A stretch of DNA of 63,771 bases, counting the filler, from Octopus bimaculoides (Eukaryota): NCBI RefSeq assembly GCF_001194135.2. It is 7 parts of 6 records of this genome, joined end to end, with 100 filler letters (N's around TTAATTAATTAA, not from the genome) between each part and the next. Parts side by side here need not be neighbours in the genome. Positions count along the whole stretch, not along the records: positions 15,464 to 41,954 come from NC_068996.1; 6 more parts are not named here. One strand, written 5' to 3'. Each line of letters starts with the position of its first letter. The stretch's first letter is position 1. The position numbers and the translations under genes are program-made. The notes beneath the pieces are model-generated. The model did not search any database. It was not told the DNA's origin and saw only the letters and a program-made list of their open reading frames with translations. This document shows, piece after piece, positions 26,866 through 37,959 of the stretch.

Positions 26866-27424
26866 AAACTACATATCATAATGAACTAAAAAAATTGAAT
26901 GATAGAAAAAACACACAAAAAAAATCTGAGAAGGCAGCATATAGAAAATGTTGAAAGTAAAAAGCAGAAAATGATAAACAAAACAAAAACAAAAAACTAA
27001 AATGTAAAAAATAAAAAGGTAAAAGAGCTATCCTCGTTAGACCTTAAATGATAAGGCTGGAAAGATATCAACAAATCAATCAGGAATAGGTAAAATTTTC
27101 CAATTCTTCAAAATATATTTATACATATGCTTGCAACCATTGAAAAGTGAATTTTAAAAATCGCTACGTCAATCACATAGCATCCCTCTGACATGAGGAC
27201 AAAGGTAAAGCTACTAAGTTAGCTAGCTATGTATGGAATTTAAAAGACAATGAAACACCACATCTGATTAAGAGGAAAGTAATTGGAAAATTCATACCCT
27301 ATGTTAATGGACCGAATAAATGTAGGCTTTATTTAGCAGAAAGAGCACAGTTCCTGTTCAGATGTAAGATCCATAACTCTCTACTGAACACTAGGTCAGA
27401 AATTTTCAGAGGTTTCAAATATAT

Positions 27425-28897
27425 CATCATCATCATCATCATCATCGTTTAATGTCTGCCTTCCATGCTGATATGGGTGGGATGGTTTGACAGGAGCTGG
27501 CCAGGCAGAAGCCTGCACCAGACTTCTGTGACTGTTTTGGCAGGATTTTTACAGCTGGATGCCCTTCCTAACACCAACCACTCAGAAGAGTAGACTGGGT
27601 GCTTTTAAGTGGCACCTGCACTGACAGGGTCAGCAAGTACTTGCAAGACAAAAAAAACTTTCAAGAGGGGAGTGGGGTATAGGAGGAGGTTATTTTGAGT
27701 CAGGTGATGAAGGGTCATAGCGAGACAGAGAGACAGAAACAGATATCTTGCTGTAGAGAAAGTACAAGGTTACCTGGCTGGAGAGAGAGATCAGAAATGA
27801 AGACAGAAACATGTGCACTACCGCAAAGGAAATACATGGTTACCCAACCTGATGGAAGTGCAGGAGAAGGAGAGAGAGTGGGAGACAGCAGGATAGAGAT
27901 GGTAGAAAAATGCCAGGCATATTCACAAGGGACTGGGATCAGAATATAAACGAGATGGTTGAGTAAAAGAAGAAAGAGATACAGACGGTGGCAAGAGCCA
28001 GAGCATACCCTTGAGGTTCAAACATCATAATATAAGTGGCAGGATATTATGAAGGAAGTATGATTAAAGAGTGCGGAGAGTGGAGAGTGAGTGGTGAAAA
28101 CCTGGATATATATAGAGTTGGTGGTGGGGCTACCAGTTAGCAATGATACAGATGAACAGGGCCATGAGGACAGGATTTGGAGTGAGAGTTAGGTATAGTG
28201 CTTGAAGGAGGAAATGTGAGGAAGAGAAGAGATGTGGAAATGTAGATTGTTTTGTTGGGGTAGGGTGAGTGAAAAGTTTTCTTATCACATCTGGGTGGAA
28301 CACACAGGTCGAGGGCTAGCAGATAGCAATAATACAGTGAGATAGGGCATGTGGGTGGAACACACAGGTGTTCCACCCACATGCTAATAGAGAGCACTGA
28401 TACAATGGTACAGGGCCAAGAGGACAGGATGGGGGAGTGGGAGGTAAGTATAATGCATGAAGCAGAAATGTGAGAAAGAGAAGAGATATAGTTTGGTTTG
28501 TTGTGGTAGAGTGTGTGAGAAGTTTTCTTGTTAAGTGTGGGTGGGACACACAGTGCTTCTAGAACTCAGTTTCACTGATGTGAGCAGGTCTTCTCTAGAA
28601 CTTCATATTGCCAGACATCTCGGTCCATTGTCATTTCCTCCGCAACACCCAATATCCTGAGATTGGTCCTTACCACGTCATCCCACATCTTCCTGGGTCT
28701 TCCTTTTCTGCAGGTACCATTCAGTTTCAGTGATTGGCACTTCTTTATGCAGCTGTCCTCATTTATACACATCACATGTTTGAACCAACGTAGCCTTTTC
28801 TTTTGCATGCTACATTTGAGTCCTCTTATGCCTAACTTTTCCCTCAATACATTTGCACTTTGTCTAATATGTGCACTGATGTTGCACATCCAATGGA
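27425..28897 (-). mobile_element. 5'-truncated RTE-clade LINE with long 3' UTR and (ATG)n tail
   Basis: ORF end MLHWMCNISAH..REKLGIR..RLRWFKHV..GRPRKMWDDVV (28572-28901), then a GA-rich 3' UTR, then the TTAAAC-(GAT)n tail at 27425-27455. Confidence 0.8.
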
Positions 28898-29168
28898 GCA
28901 TATGTATAAATATATTTTGAAGAATTGGAAAATTCCGCCTTTTCCTGACTGACTTGGCAATATTTTTCCAGTCTTATACTTTAAGGTCTAAGGAGAGTAA
29001 CTCTTATACCATTTTACTTTTTACTTTTAACATTTTAGTTTTTGTGTTTTTGTTTTCCATTTTTCATTTTCCATTTTTTACTTTCTGCATTTTCTATATG
29101 CCACCTTCTCAGCATTTTTCGTGTTTCTTCTATTATTCAATCTTTTAGTTCGTTACGATATGTGATTT

Positions 29169-29222
29169 GTGCCTGAAGAATATGTGTGAGTATTTCTCAG
29201 CATATGAAACTATTAGTAGCAC
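29169..29222 (+). ncRNA. Type I hammerhead ribozyme with intact core in the Penelope terminal repeat
   Basis: GTGC-CTGAAGA-ATATGTGTGAGTATTTCTCAGCATAT-GAAA-CTATTAG-TA-GCAC. Stem I is GTGC/GCAC, stem II is closed by ATATG/CATAT, stem III is minimal (AC-U/A-GU around AUU), and the triplet is GUA. Confidence 0.8.
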
Positions 29223-30143
29223 TTAAAGACATGTATTGTGCCCTTTAAATAAATAGTATTTATCTCCCACCAGATGGAGTGCTTTTTTTGTTCAATTTTC
29301 TGTCACAGAACAGTACATTATATATGTATATATATATATCTATACACACACACACATGTATATATAAACATACACATGCATGCATACATATACATACTTA
29401 TACATATACACATAGATACACACATACCTTTATGCACACATGCATATACATATATACAATCACACACACATACATATGTTCATACATATAGTTGCATATA
29501 ACTATTTTGACAACAGAAAGTGAAAACATATGTATAAAAATATACAAAAAAAATAAAGAAACAATAAGACAGTTTTAATGTGGGGAAGGAGGAACTACAG
29601 ATAAGTATGTATAGTATTTTAGCAAAAAACAAGGAACAAAAAATTATAATAAAACCATGATGGCATTTATTCATCTATATGAGTACACAGACACACATGC
29701 AAACATTTTATTGTACATAACTGCAACATTTAAATAGTCACGCGTGTGCGTGCGTGTGTGTGTGTGTATGCACACACCAAAATAATACTCCAAGTTTATA
29801 ATTATTGTTGTTTTCATAAGCAAACATAATTTTAAATATAAGATGAAGTAAATTGTATCTAGTAAGTGAATATGTAAGTTACAATATGTGTTTAATTATA
29901 AATTACTAAGATGTATAAGCAATTACAGATAAAAAAGTAATGATTATATAGATGTATCTTATATATTATACACACACATTTATACATACAAAAATATATA
30001 CACCACATATGCATTCATTTTATAGTATTATATATGTGCAATCACAATGATAGACAAAGGTATATTTTGTAATTGTATGCATGAATGAGCATACAGAAGG
30101 TTTTATTGTGGGTATCCATATAAACATACAGTGTGGTATACAG

Positions 30144-30256
<113 letters not shown>

Positions 30257-30269
30257 CACACATACATCT

Positions 30270-30786
30270 ATTTGGTGTCATCTTCTACAGCTTCCTGAGA
30301 CCTGGTAAGTCAATTACAGTAGATGTATACATCAACCAACTGGATGAAATGATGAGTGAACTTGCAATTAAACAACCGAGATTGGTCAATAGAGACAGGC
30401 CAATTTTCTTGCAAGACAGTGCTCGACCACATGTTGCACAAAGAACACTACTCAAGTTACAGGAACTGAACTTGGAAGTACTCTGTCATCCACTATATTC
30501 ACCAGACCTTGCACCAACTGACTATCACGTTTTCTAGGCATTAGACAACTTTTTGCTAGGAAAAACTTCAAATCTGAAGAAGATGCAAAACAGCCTTTTG
30601 TGATTCCATCACCTCTTGCTCTCCAGAATTCTTTGCTGCTGGCATAAATAAGCTACCAATAAAATGGGGCAAAATTGTGTTGATAATTTAGGTGCATACT
30701 TTGATTAACTGCATTGCTTTTTGTTGAGATGAAGTAAAATAAACTTTCAGTTCAAACTCAGACATTTCATTCTTAATGATCTGATA
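30270..30786 (+). mobile_element. Mariner transposase 3' fragment
   Basis: [48 protein letters not shown] followed by an ITR-like end CATTTCATTCTTAATGATCTGATA. Confidence 0.85.
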
Positions 30787-31273
30787 ACTGATCCTCCTGT
30801 ATTTTATTTTACCCAAAGCCAGGAACTTTTCAGAATGCCCTCATAAGCATTGGATAATTGATTCCTCGTGCTTGTTAATACAGTTTCTACAGTTCTATAC
30901 TTTCTAATGAACACAAATTACTGATCAAAACAGTGTGTATGTTATATTTTTATCTTTTAACTCCCAAATGAGAATTGCAAAGGATGTATTGTTAGATTTA
31001 CTTTTATATTTGAAAGAAAAAATGTAGTTATAAAACTTTAATTCATAGATGTGGCACCCATATATTGGTGTGTTTTTTTGATGAGCTCAGACAGAGCATT
31101 TATAAATTATGTTTTCCAGAAGATATTTATCATTTAAAGGACATGATGTTTTTATTCAATAATTACATAATTTAATTGAATTTTATTTTATAACATGACA
31201 TTTTGTTGAAATTATTGTTACATGATCCGTTGTCAATATGATTATTATGGCAGTTATTATTTTCATTATCATA

Positions 31274-31309
<36 letters not shown>

Positions 31310-31429
31310 TGTAGTAGTAGTAGTAGTTGTTGTTGTTGTTGTTGTTGTATTGATATTCTTACAATTATTGTTATTATTACCAGGATAATAATAGCTATCA
31401 ATGTTATTAGTTTTTGTTTTTTTTTATAA

Positions 31430-32190
31430 TTTAAGGAAGATATATTATCACCTACGCTAGGCAGTGTGGTGTTTTTCTAATAGTAGAAAGAATAGAAAAA
31501 GTATTTTAGTGGATATATGACTACTAAACAAAACATTATACCATATGATTTTTCTGTTAAGTGATTCATTATAAATTTATTGCTGTGGTTATTATTATGT
31601 GAGTTATCAACTTGATCATCATTATTTTGTGTATTTTTCAATTAATAAATTTTACAATATTTTGTGTTAATGGAATCATTTTTTAAATTTATTAAGTGTT
31701 TTATAATTTGTAGTGCCTAATTGTTGTTTATCATTTGTATCATTTCTATTTTATCTTTATATCCAACTCTAGAAAGAACTGAATTACAGTAGTTAGTATG
31801 GTAGGAAAAAATATCTTTATTATCTGAAATTTTAGAAATACAATGTGAAATGCCATTTATAATTGAATTTATAACTTCACGCAGATGATTTGATTTTTTT
31901 GTGTATGTATTGAAGATTTTCATTAATTTTGTGATAAGTTTTATATAAACCAGAGTTTGAATAAAAAGTGACATCTAAAAAAGCAGCTGTTCTATGATTC
32001 AAACCCACAATAATTGAAGTATTTGATTATTCTTTTCTTCATTTTTTTGTCAAATTCAATTTCTACATTACTATATCTATAAAGTAAAAAAAGAGAATCA
32101 TCCCTACACAGACAACCTTGAATAGAATGGAATTGCTCTTTAATATTATCTAATAAATACAATCCCACAAGATCTGCCTTCATTATTACT
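31430..32190 (-). mobile_element. Decayed Penelope reverse transcriptase fragment
   Basis: ADLVGLYLL..CLCRDD (ELVG..GLYRDD-like), KSNHL..SHCISKISDNKDIF..VGY and RKIIWYNVLFS (RKIIWFNPPFS-like). Confidence 0.75.
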
Positions 32191-33506
32191 ACAACCCCAC
32201 TCAGTTGAGGGAATTTTTTCTGTCTTGCAGGTTACTTGATGATCTCATAAGGCTGGTGCTACAAAAAAAAGCACCTGGGGCACTCTGTGAAGTTGCTGGC
32301 ATTAGGAAGAGCATCCAGCCATAGAAACCAGGCCAAAACTAACTATGGAACTTGATGCAGTCCCCTGATTTGTTGAATCCTGTTCAAAACATAGAAGCAA
32401 GATGATGATGATGGTTTTTGGTAACTAGATCTATTACTGAAAGTTTATAACTATTAAATAATGTATATGTTTACTCTTTAATCATTAAATCTAGAACATC
32501 CAGAAATGTAATTTTCTGCCATTTATTACATCCTAATCAAGTACATAATTCATTTAAAACATAAAATCCAACTTCATAATGTTTATTGCCAAGTCTATAA
32601 TAATAATAGAAATGTGTTTGCAGTAGGTATTATCATTAGAAATGAATGAAGTGAATTTTCAAAAACGTTTTGCTCTCTTATTTTACCTTTAAATATTCAC
32701 ATTCATCCCCAAGAATATTGAAATTTTTGTGTTCACAACCAAGATAAGGATCTCTTATTACTATATGAATTTAATATCTATAACATCTCTTACATTCAGT
32801 GAAGATTCAAGCCAAAGTTTCCTACACTATCTATAAGTAAAAGTTTTGCAATCTACAAATACCTGTACTCAGTGGTGAGTTGCCAAAATTTTAACCAATG
32901 CTTCGGGATAAAATATTACAAATATGACAATAAAATATAGCCAATCCTTCAGAAAGATTGGCAACATTGGATACCAAATTAATTACTAAGTACATTCATT
33001 TTGTCATTGAACATTTTGTTTACTGAATACATTTACATCTTTTAACTATAAACAAATATACTGGAAGTGTTAATTATTTTATGTCTGTCTCACAGTGAAG
33101 ATCATATTTGAAATTAAATTGGAAAATAATCTATACATAGAATAAATGAATATTAAAACAAAATATTTTAGATTATAAAAAGAAATAAAGTTGGTATTTT
33201 TCATTTAAGAACAGCAAATCAATGATATAGACAATTACTACTACTACAACTCAGCAACATTCAGAAGGAAATGAAATTGCAGATGTAACTTTTGTAAGAA
33301 AGTAATATGAAAATAAAGAACTGATATCATGAAATATTCATTTATCTTATTTCAGTTACTTTTTCCTTTTATTTCTGCATGATCAATTCATCTTTTGGAG
33401 CAATTGAAACTGGTAAAAATGCATATACTTTCGTTTTTATTTATCCATGATAAAGTTCTCAAAGCAATTTCTTCTTTCTGTTTATTAATATGCTTTTACT
33501 CACATT

Positions 33507-33525
33507 ATAGGTGCAGGCATGGCTG
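33507..33525 (+). repeat. 5' stub of a tRNA-derived SINE interrupted by the 5S-LINE insertion
   Basis: ATAGGTGCAGGCATGGCTG matches the head of the family whose copies read (minus strand) TAGGCGCAGGAGTGGCTGTGGTAAG ending near 14148 and ATAGGCGTAGGAGTGGCTGTGTGGTAAG ending near 49980. Confidence 0.7.
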
Positions 33526-33638
33526 GCCATATCACGCTGAGAGCACCGGTTCTCATCTGATCACCGAAGTTAAGCAAAGTCGAGCCTAGTGAGTAATTAG
33601 ATGGGTGACCGCTTGGGAAACCTAGGTGCTGTAAGCAT
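33525..33638 (+). rRNA. 5S rRNA: 5S rRNA-derived copy lacking about the first 6 nt and the oligo-T terminator (probable retro-pseudogene)
   Basis: GGCCATATCACGCTGAGAGCACCGGTTCTCATCTGATCACCGAAGTTAAGCAAAGTCGAGCCTAGTGAGTAATTAGATGGGTGACCGCTTGGGAAACCTAGGTGCTGTAAGCAT follows the animal 5S pattern over 114 nt. A-box AGTTAAGC is intact at 33568-33575; the C-box region is altered (AGTAATTAGATGGG versus the usual AGTACTTGGATGGG). Confidence 0.93.
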
Positions 33639-36600
33639 CCCACAATTTAAATTTCTCATGACGTCAAAGACATTAGTAGTGTTAGGAGACTATAACGGTA
33701 TAGTTGATGCACGCATCGATAGTGTTGGCTCGATCCATAGGAAAGTAAACTCACGCCTCGTAGATCTGCTTAAGTGTTTTCAGCTGGCAGATCATTACAG
33801 ACTTGACCATCCGAACGTCCCTGAGTGGACCTGGATGAGAAGCAACGGAAGGTTCAGGTCTTACTTAGATAGAATAGTAATAAGAACTAGAGATAAGTCT
33901 AGTTTTAGCTGTCCACAGCTCGTCCATGTAGCTTACACTGACCATAGAATGGTCAAGTGTACACTGGATGTAGATAGTACGGTTAAGAGAGGAACCAGCT
34001 ACTGGAAGCTGAATAAGTCTATTTTGACTTGCGAGGCATGCCATAGCCGGATTAAGGGGTTAGTACAGAGGGCGTTAACCGGCACTGTGGTTAACAACCG
34101 ATGGTGGTTCGCCCTCAAGAGAGCCATTCGTTTTGAGTCTATTAGGTTTAGCCGTCAGCTAAGACTAGATAAGGCCAGAATAGAAGGGTAACTAGTTAAG
34201 GACCTAGAGGAGGCGTTGAGGTTGGGCTCCGCATCTCACATTTTGGCAGCGAGAATGGCCTTGGACCGTCACCTCAAAGCCAAACATGAAGGGTACAGAG
34301 TTCGGGCTAAAGTATGCGCATTGGGCCGTGCGGGAATTAACGTTGCCAGATGGGCCCGTACGGTAGAAACCCAGCGTGGCAATGATGCCACAATTAGGTC
34401 TCTTGTCGATGATAATGGGTGTTCGGTCGATGGACGGGACGAGATGTGTGAGGCGCTTCACAAGCACTTTGCCGAGTTATTCGGGAGTGGCGGGGCGCTG
34501 GATCATGGCAAGGCCCTTAGAGATTTCCTGTCTGGTGGCCCACGTCTCTCGGCACGAGAAGCTGAGTGCTGTGAGGGGCCAATCACGGCCGAGGAGGTGA
34601 TCAAGGTACTGGGTGAATGCCCCGGGGAGAAGTCGCCTGGTCTCGATGGTCTGCCTTACGAATTCTACAAAAGTATGCCAGACTTGTTCGGGCACCTGCT
34701 GGCCAGCGTCTACGCCAATTGGCATCNNNNNNNNNNNNNNNNNNNNNNNNNNNNNNNNNNNNNNNNNNNNNNNNNNNNNNNNNNNNNNNNNNNNNNNNNN
34801 NNNNNNNNNNNNNNNNNNNNNNNNNNNNNNNNNNNNNNNNNNNNNNNNNNNNNNNNNNNNNNNNNNNNNNNNNNNNNNNNNNNNNNNNNNNNNNNNNNNN
34901 NNNNNNNNNNNNNNNNNNNNNNNNNNNNNNNNNNNNNNNNNNNNNNNNNNNNNNNNNNNCAAACGTGCGCTATCCTGGGCAGGACGATCCACAACAATCT
35001 CCACCTTATACACTACTCCTTAGAGAGAGTGGAAAAACTTTCTGGCGCAGGGGGGGGGGGCACTGGTACATTTAGACCAGTCTAAGGCTTTCGATAGGGT
35101 CGACCATCGGTACTCAGCGGCGGTCCTTGGGAAGGCTGGCCTGGGCCCAACCTTCCGCGGTTGGATTGCTACGTTGTACAGCGACATCGAGTCTGTCGTA
35201 AAAGTGAACAGTTTCCTTTCGAAGCCATTCGGGATCGAGCACTCAGTGCGTCAGGGGTGTCCCCTGTCTCCGCTTTTGTATGTGTTGGCCCTCGAGCCAT
35301 TGCTGCGGAAGTTGGAGGCGATAGGGGATGCACCGCATGATCTATGGTGTGGGAAAGGAGCTACGGCGTATGCGGATGATATCACCATCAGCGTGACGGA
35401 TGAGGGCCAGTTTCCAATGGTGGAAGAGGCTATCAAAAGTTACGAGACGGTAGCAGGAGCAAAAGTTAACAAGGACAAGTCAATCGGTTTGCAATTCGGC
35501 ACCTGGAAGGGCAAGCCAATGCCGTCCAATAACGTCATGGGGCGTTGGACGGAAGGTCCTGTTAAGCTGCTTGGAGTCTGGTTCAGGCCAGGCCTCCAGA
35601 TAGAGAAAAATTGGAGCGAGGTGACCAGCAGGGTGACTGCTCTAACCCAGACCTGGTCTGGGCGGGCGTTATCCTTGCTAGGAAAGGCGGAGGTGGTGCA
35701 GATGTTTATAGCATCGGTTATCACCTACCGATTTGTGGCTGAACAAGTTGGAAAGAATCCTTTTCCACTTTTTGTGGAAGGGAGGAAAGCCACTCGTGAA
35801 GTGCTCTGTCTGCTGCCAGAAACCGCTAAAGGGTGAGCTAGGGAAGCCTTGGCTGAGGATGCGAAAATTCGCATTAAGGTTGAGGCACCTTTGGCTTTAC
35901 CTGGATGGAGAGCAGGCGTGGTCACCGCATGTCCAGTTCTACCTTCCGCACTTAACGTCCTTAATGGACGTTGGTAACTGGATCAAGCAGAGATCTAGGC
36001 TGGGGAACTGGCAATTGGAATGCCGACAGGCACTTCAGCTACTCTCTCGGGCAGGCAATGCCGGCAACAGGAGTTCCACCGTGGATTTTTATAGCAGGTT
36101 AGTGGGATTTAGGTCCGAAGACACCTTGGGGAAGACCCTGGGCTATGAAGAAAATCAGTTGACCAACCTGTTCAGAACTTTCGGGCCGGGATATCTGGAC
36201 AATTACCAGAAATCCCTGGCTTGGCAGTGCTTCCATGTGGTGTTACCTGTTCGTGATAAACTGTCAAGACACGAAAGTGCCGTATTGCCGACATGTCCGA
36301 GGTGCGGGCAGGACAGGGAAACCGTCTTGCACGCATTCGTGGAATGTCCAGAATTAACGAGACTGATAGTTTTCGCAGAACAACTGTTGTCATCGATGAG
36401 AAGAGTACAGCTTTCAGCTGAATCTATCATCGAGATCGTGCCACCTCCTTCCCTCAACAGGGAAAGGAAGACTTGCTTTTCCTGCGTAGTAGCCATACTG
36501 AAAGAAACAGTATGGAAGATGCCTGTAAGAAGCATAGTGACGGATACCTTTGTATCTGGCCAGGGGTTAGTTAACTTTTTTGTTACCACCTCAGTAGTAA

Positions 36601-36644
36601 GATCAGGCTGGAGAAGAGGTATCTGTCACGAGACAGATTCATGA
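33601..36644 (+). pseudogene. Disrupted ORF2 (APE endonuclease - reverse transcriptase - CCHC) of the Tx1/L1-like element
   Basis: APE motifs GDYN, SYLDRI and YTDHR (33601-34191). RT motifs KSPGLDGLPYEFY, RTIHNNLHLI, LDQSKAFDRVDH (about 35070-35106, off-track frame), VRQGCPLSPLLYVLALEPL and AYADDI. C-terminal CPRCGQDRETVLHAFVEC. In-frame stops near 34189 and 34204, frameshifts near 35050 and 35730, and an N gap at 34727-34959. Confidence 0.88.
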
Positions 36645-36897
36645 GAAGATGGAAGCCTGTGGCAAGGAAGCTGGGAATGTTTGGCACCAGGTAAGTGGGA
36701 GCCAAAAACAAGGGAAAGAAAAAGCAAAATTGCATCTGTATTGAGCAATACTTCAATCGAACATTGTAAATAATTTTTATTGTTTATTTAAAATTGTAAA
36801 TATTTAATCAATACAGTTTCTTCACCCCTTTTATGTTTGTCTGTCCTTGTTCGTCCCCTCTTTGTAATGCCTTTATGGCAAATATTTATGAAATAAA
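33639..36897 (+). mobile_element. 5'-truncated L1-group (Tx1-like) non-LTR retrotransposon
   Basis: Successive ORF pieces encode the C-terminal APE endonuclease, an RT and a CCHC knuckle. The 3' UTR ends at AATAAA (36892-36897). Tx1 versus other L1-group clades is inferred from motif style. Confidence 0.88.
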
Positions 36898-37030
36898 GAA
36901 GCTTGCTTCCCAACCACATGGTTCCAGGTTCAGTCCCATTGCATGGTACCTTGGGAAAGTGTCCTCTGACAAAGCTGACCAAATCCTTGTGAGTGAATTT
37001 GGTAGATGAAAACTGAAAGAAGCCTATCAT
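36896..37030 (+). repeat. 3' remainder of the same interrupted tRNA-derived SINE
   Basis: AAGAAGCTTGCTTCCCAACCACATGGTTCCAGGTTCAGTCCC (B-box-like GGTTCAGTCC)...GTGAATTTGGTAGATGAAAACTGAAAGAAGCC continues where the 33507 stub stops, by comparison with the 13985-14148 copy. Confidence 0.85.
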
Positions 37031-37445
37031 ATATGTATGTATATATACATATATATTCATATATGTATATAATTAAGTGGAGAATGGAAAAACAAACACA
37101 AGAAGAAGCAAGTCAATTGGGCTAGTTAGCCATTGATTTAATTATGTGGAGATTATATAATGAGTCATTTATGATCATTTCGATGTGCCAAATGGTTTGC
37201 AAGACAAAAAAAATTTTTGAGTGTGGAGGAAGCATTGGAGATCCAAATTGAGGGAGTGAAAGTAAAGTCCAGACTACATGTGTTTTCTAGCCAGCAGATC
37301 CTCTGATGTAAAAATTACTCAATGAGGGATACTCAGCTAGTGTCTCATCAAGCCAAAGATACCTTAATTATATGAAGGTTACATTGTCATTAAGGATTCC
37401 CAAGTTAACTCACCAAAGATAAAATTTGAAATATATATATAATAT

Positions 37446-37477
<32 letters not shown>

Positions 37478-37959
37478 ATCAGTGGTGACTCCAGCACTCG
37501 GACTGTTTGGGCTTAGCCTGAGTATAAATTTAGTAAAGTGAACATGTATTTGCAAGATGATTTAATTTCTGCCAACACTGACTTCAAGTATGTAATTTCA
37601 GTCAATAAGTTGGGCTAATTTTATTGAGCCTGGTTGCAGTCTATTTATTTTCATTCAACATCTGGTGGTCATCTTAGAGGTGCCCTGTGTCAAAAAATAT
37701 CATTCACAGCAGACGTTCTTTCGATATTGTTCACACGTGCCAGACTCGGGCTCAGAAGTTACTGCCTGAGTTGTTATCTATAATCATAAAAATTTAAAGT
37801 AATTCAAATTCAATTTTTTTTTGAAACAATAAATTTCTATAGTGATTAGGATTTAAGTTCCAATCTATGAAAAGTTTCCATTCTACAATATTCTTAAAGG
37901 AACGAAAAATTATCCAACACAACAATTCCTATCTCTCCACTTGTAGTCATCATCTGCAT

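Larger units (their letters stand above)
26781..29255 (+). mobile_element. 5'-truncated Penelope-like element with an inverted 5' terminal copy, interrupted by an RTE insertion
   Basis: 26781-27138 is an inverted copy of about 28898-29255. 27139-27424 encodes FKNRYVNHIASL*HE..KATKLASYVWNLKDNETP..KCRLYLAE..LLNTRSEIFRG. The ORF resumes at 28899 as HMYKYILKNWKIPPFPD*. The inverted arm preserves the uninterrupted junction GGTTGCAAGCATATG (GCKHM). Confidence 0.8.

Noticed and set aside
33525-33638. Functional 5S rDNA unit
   Set aside because: It lacks the 5' end and oligo-T terminator, has C-box changes, is single copy here and is embedded in a SINE.
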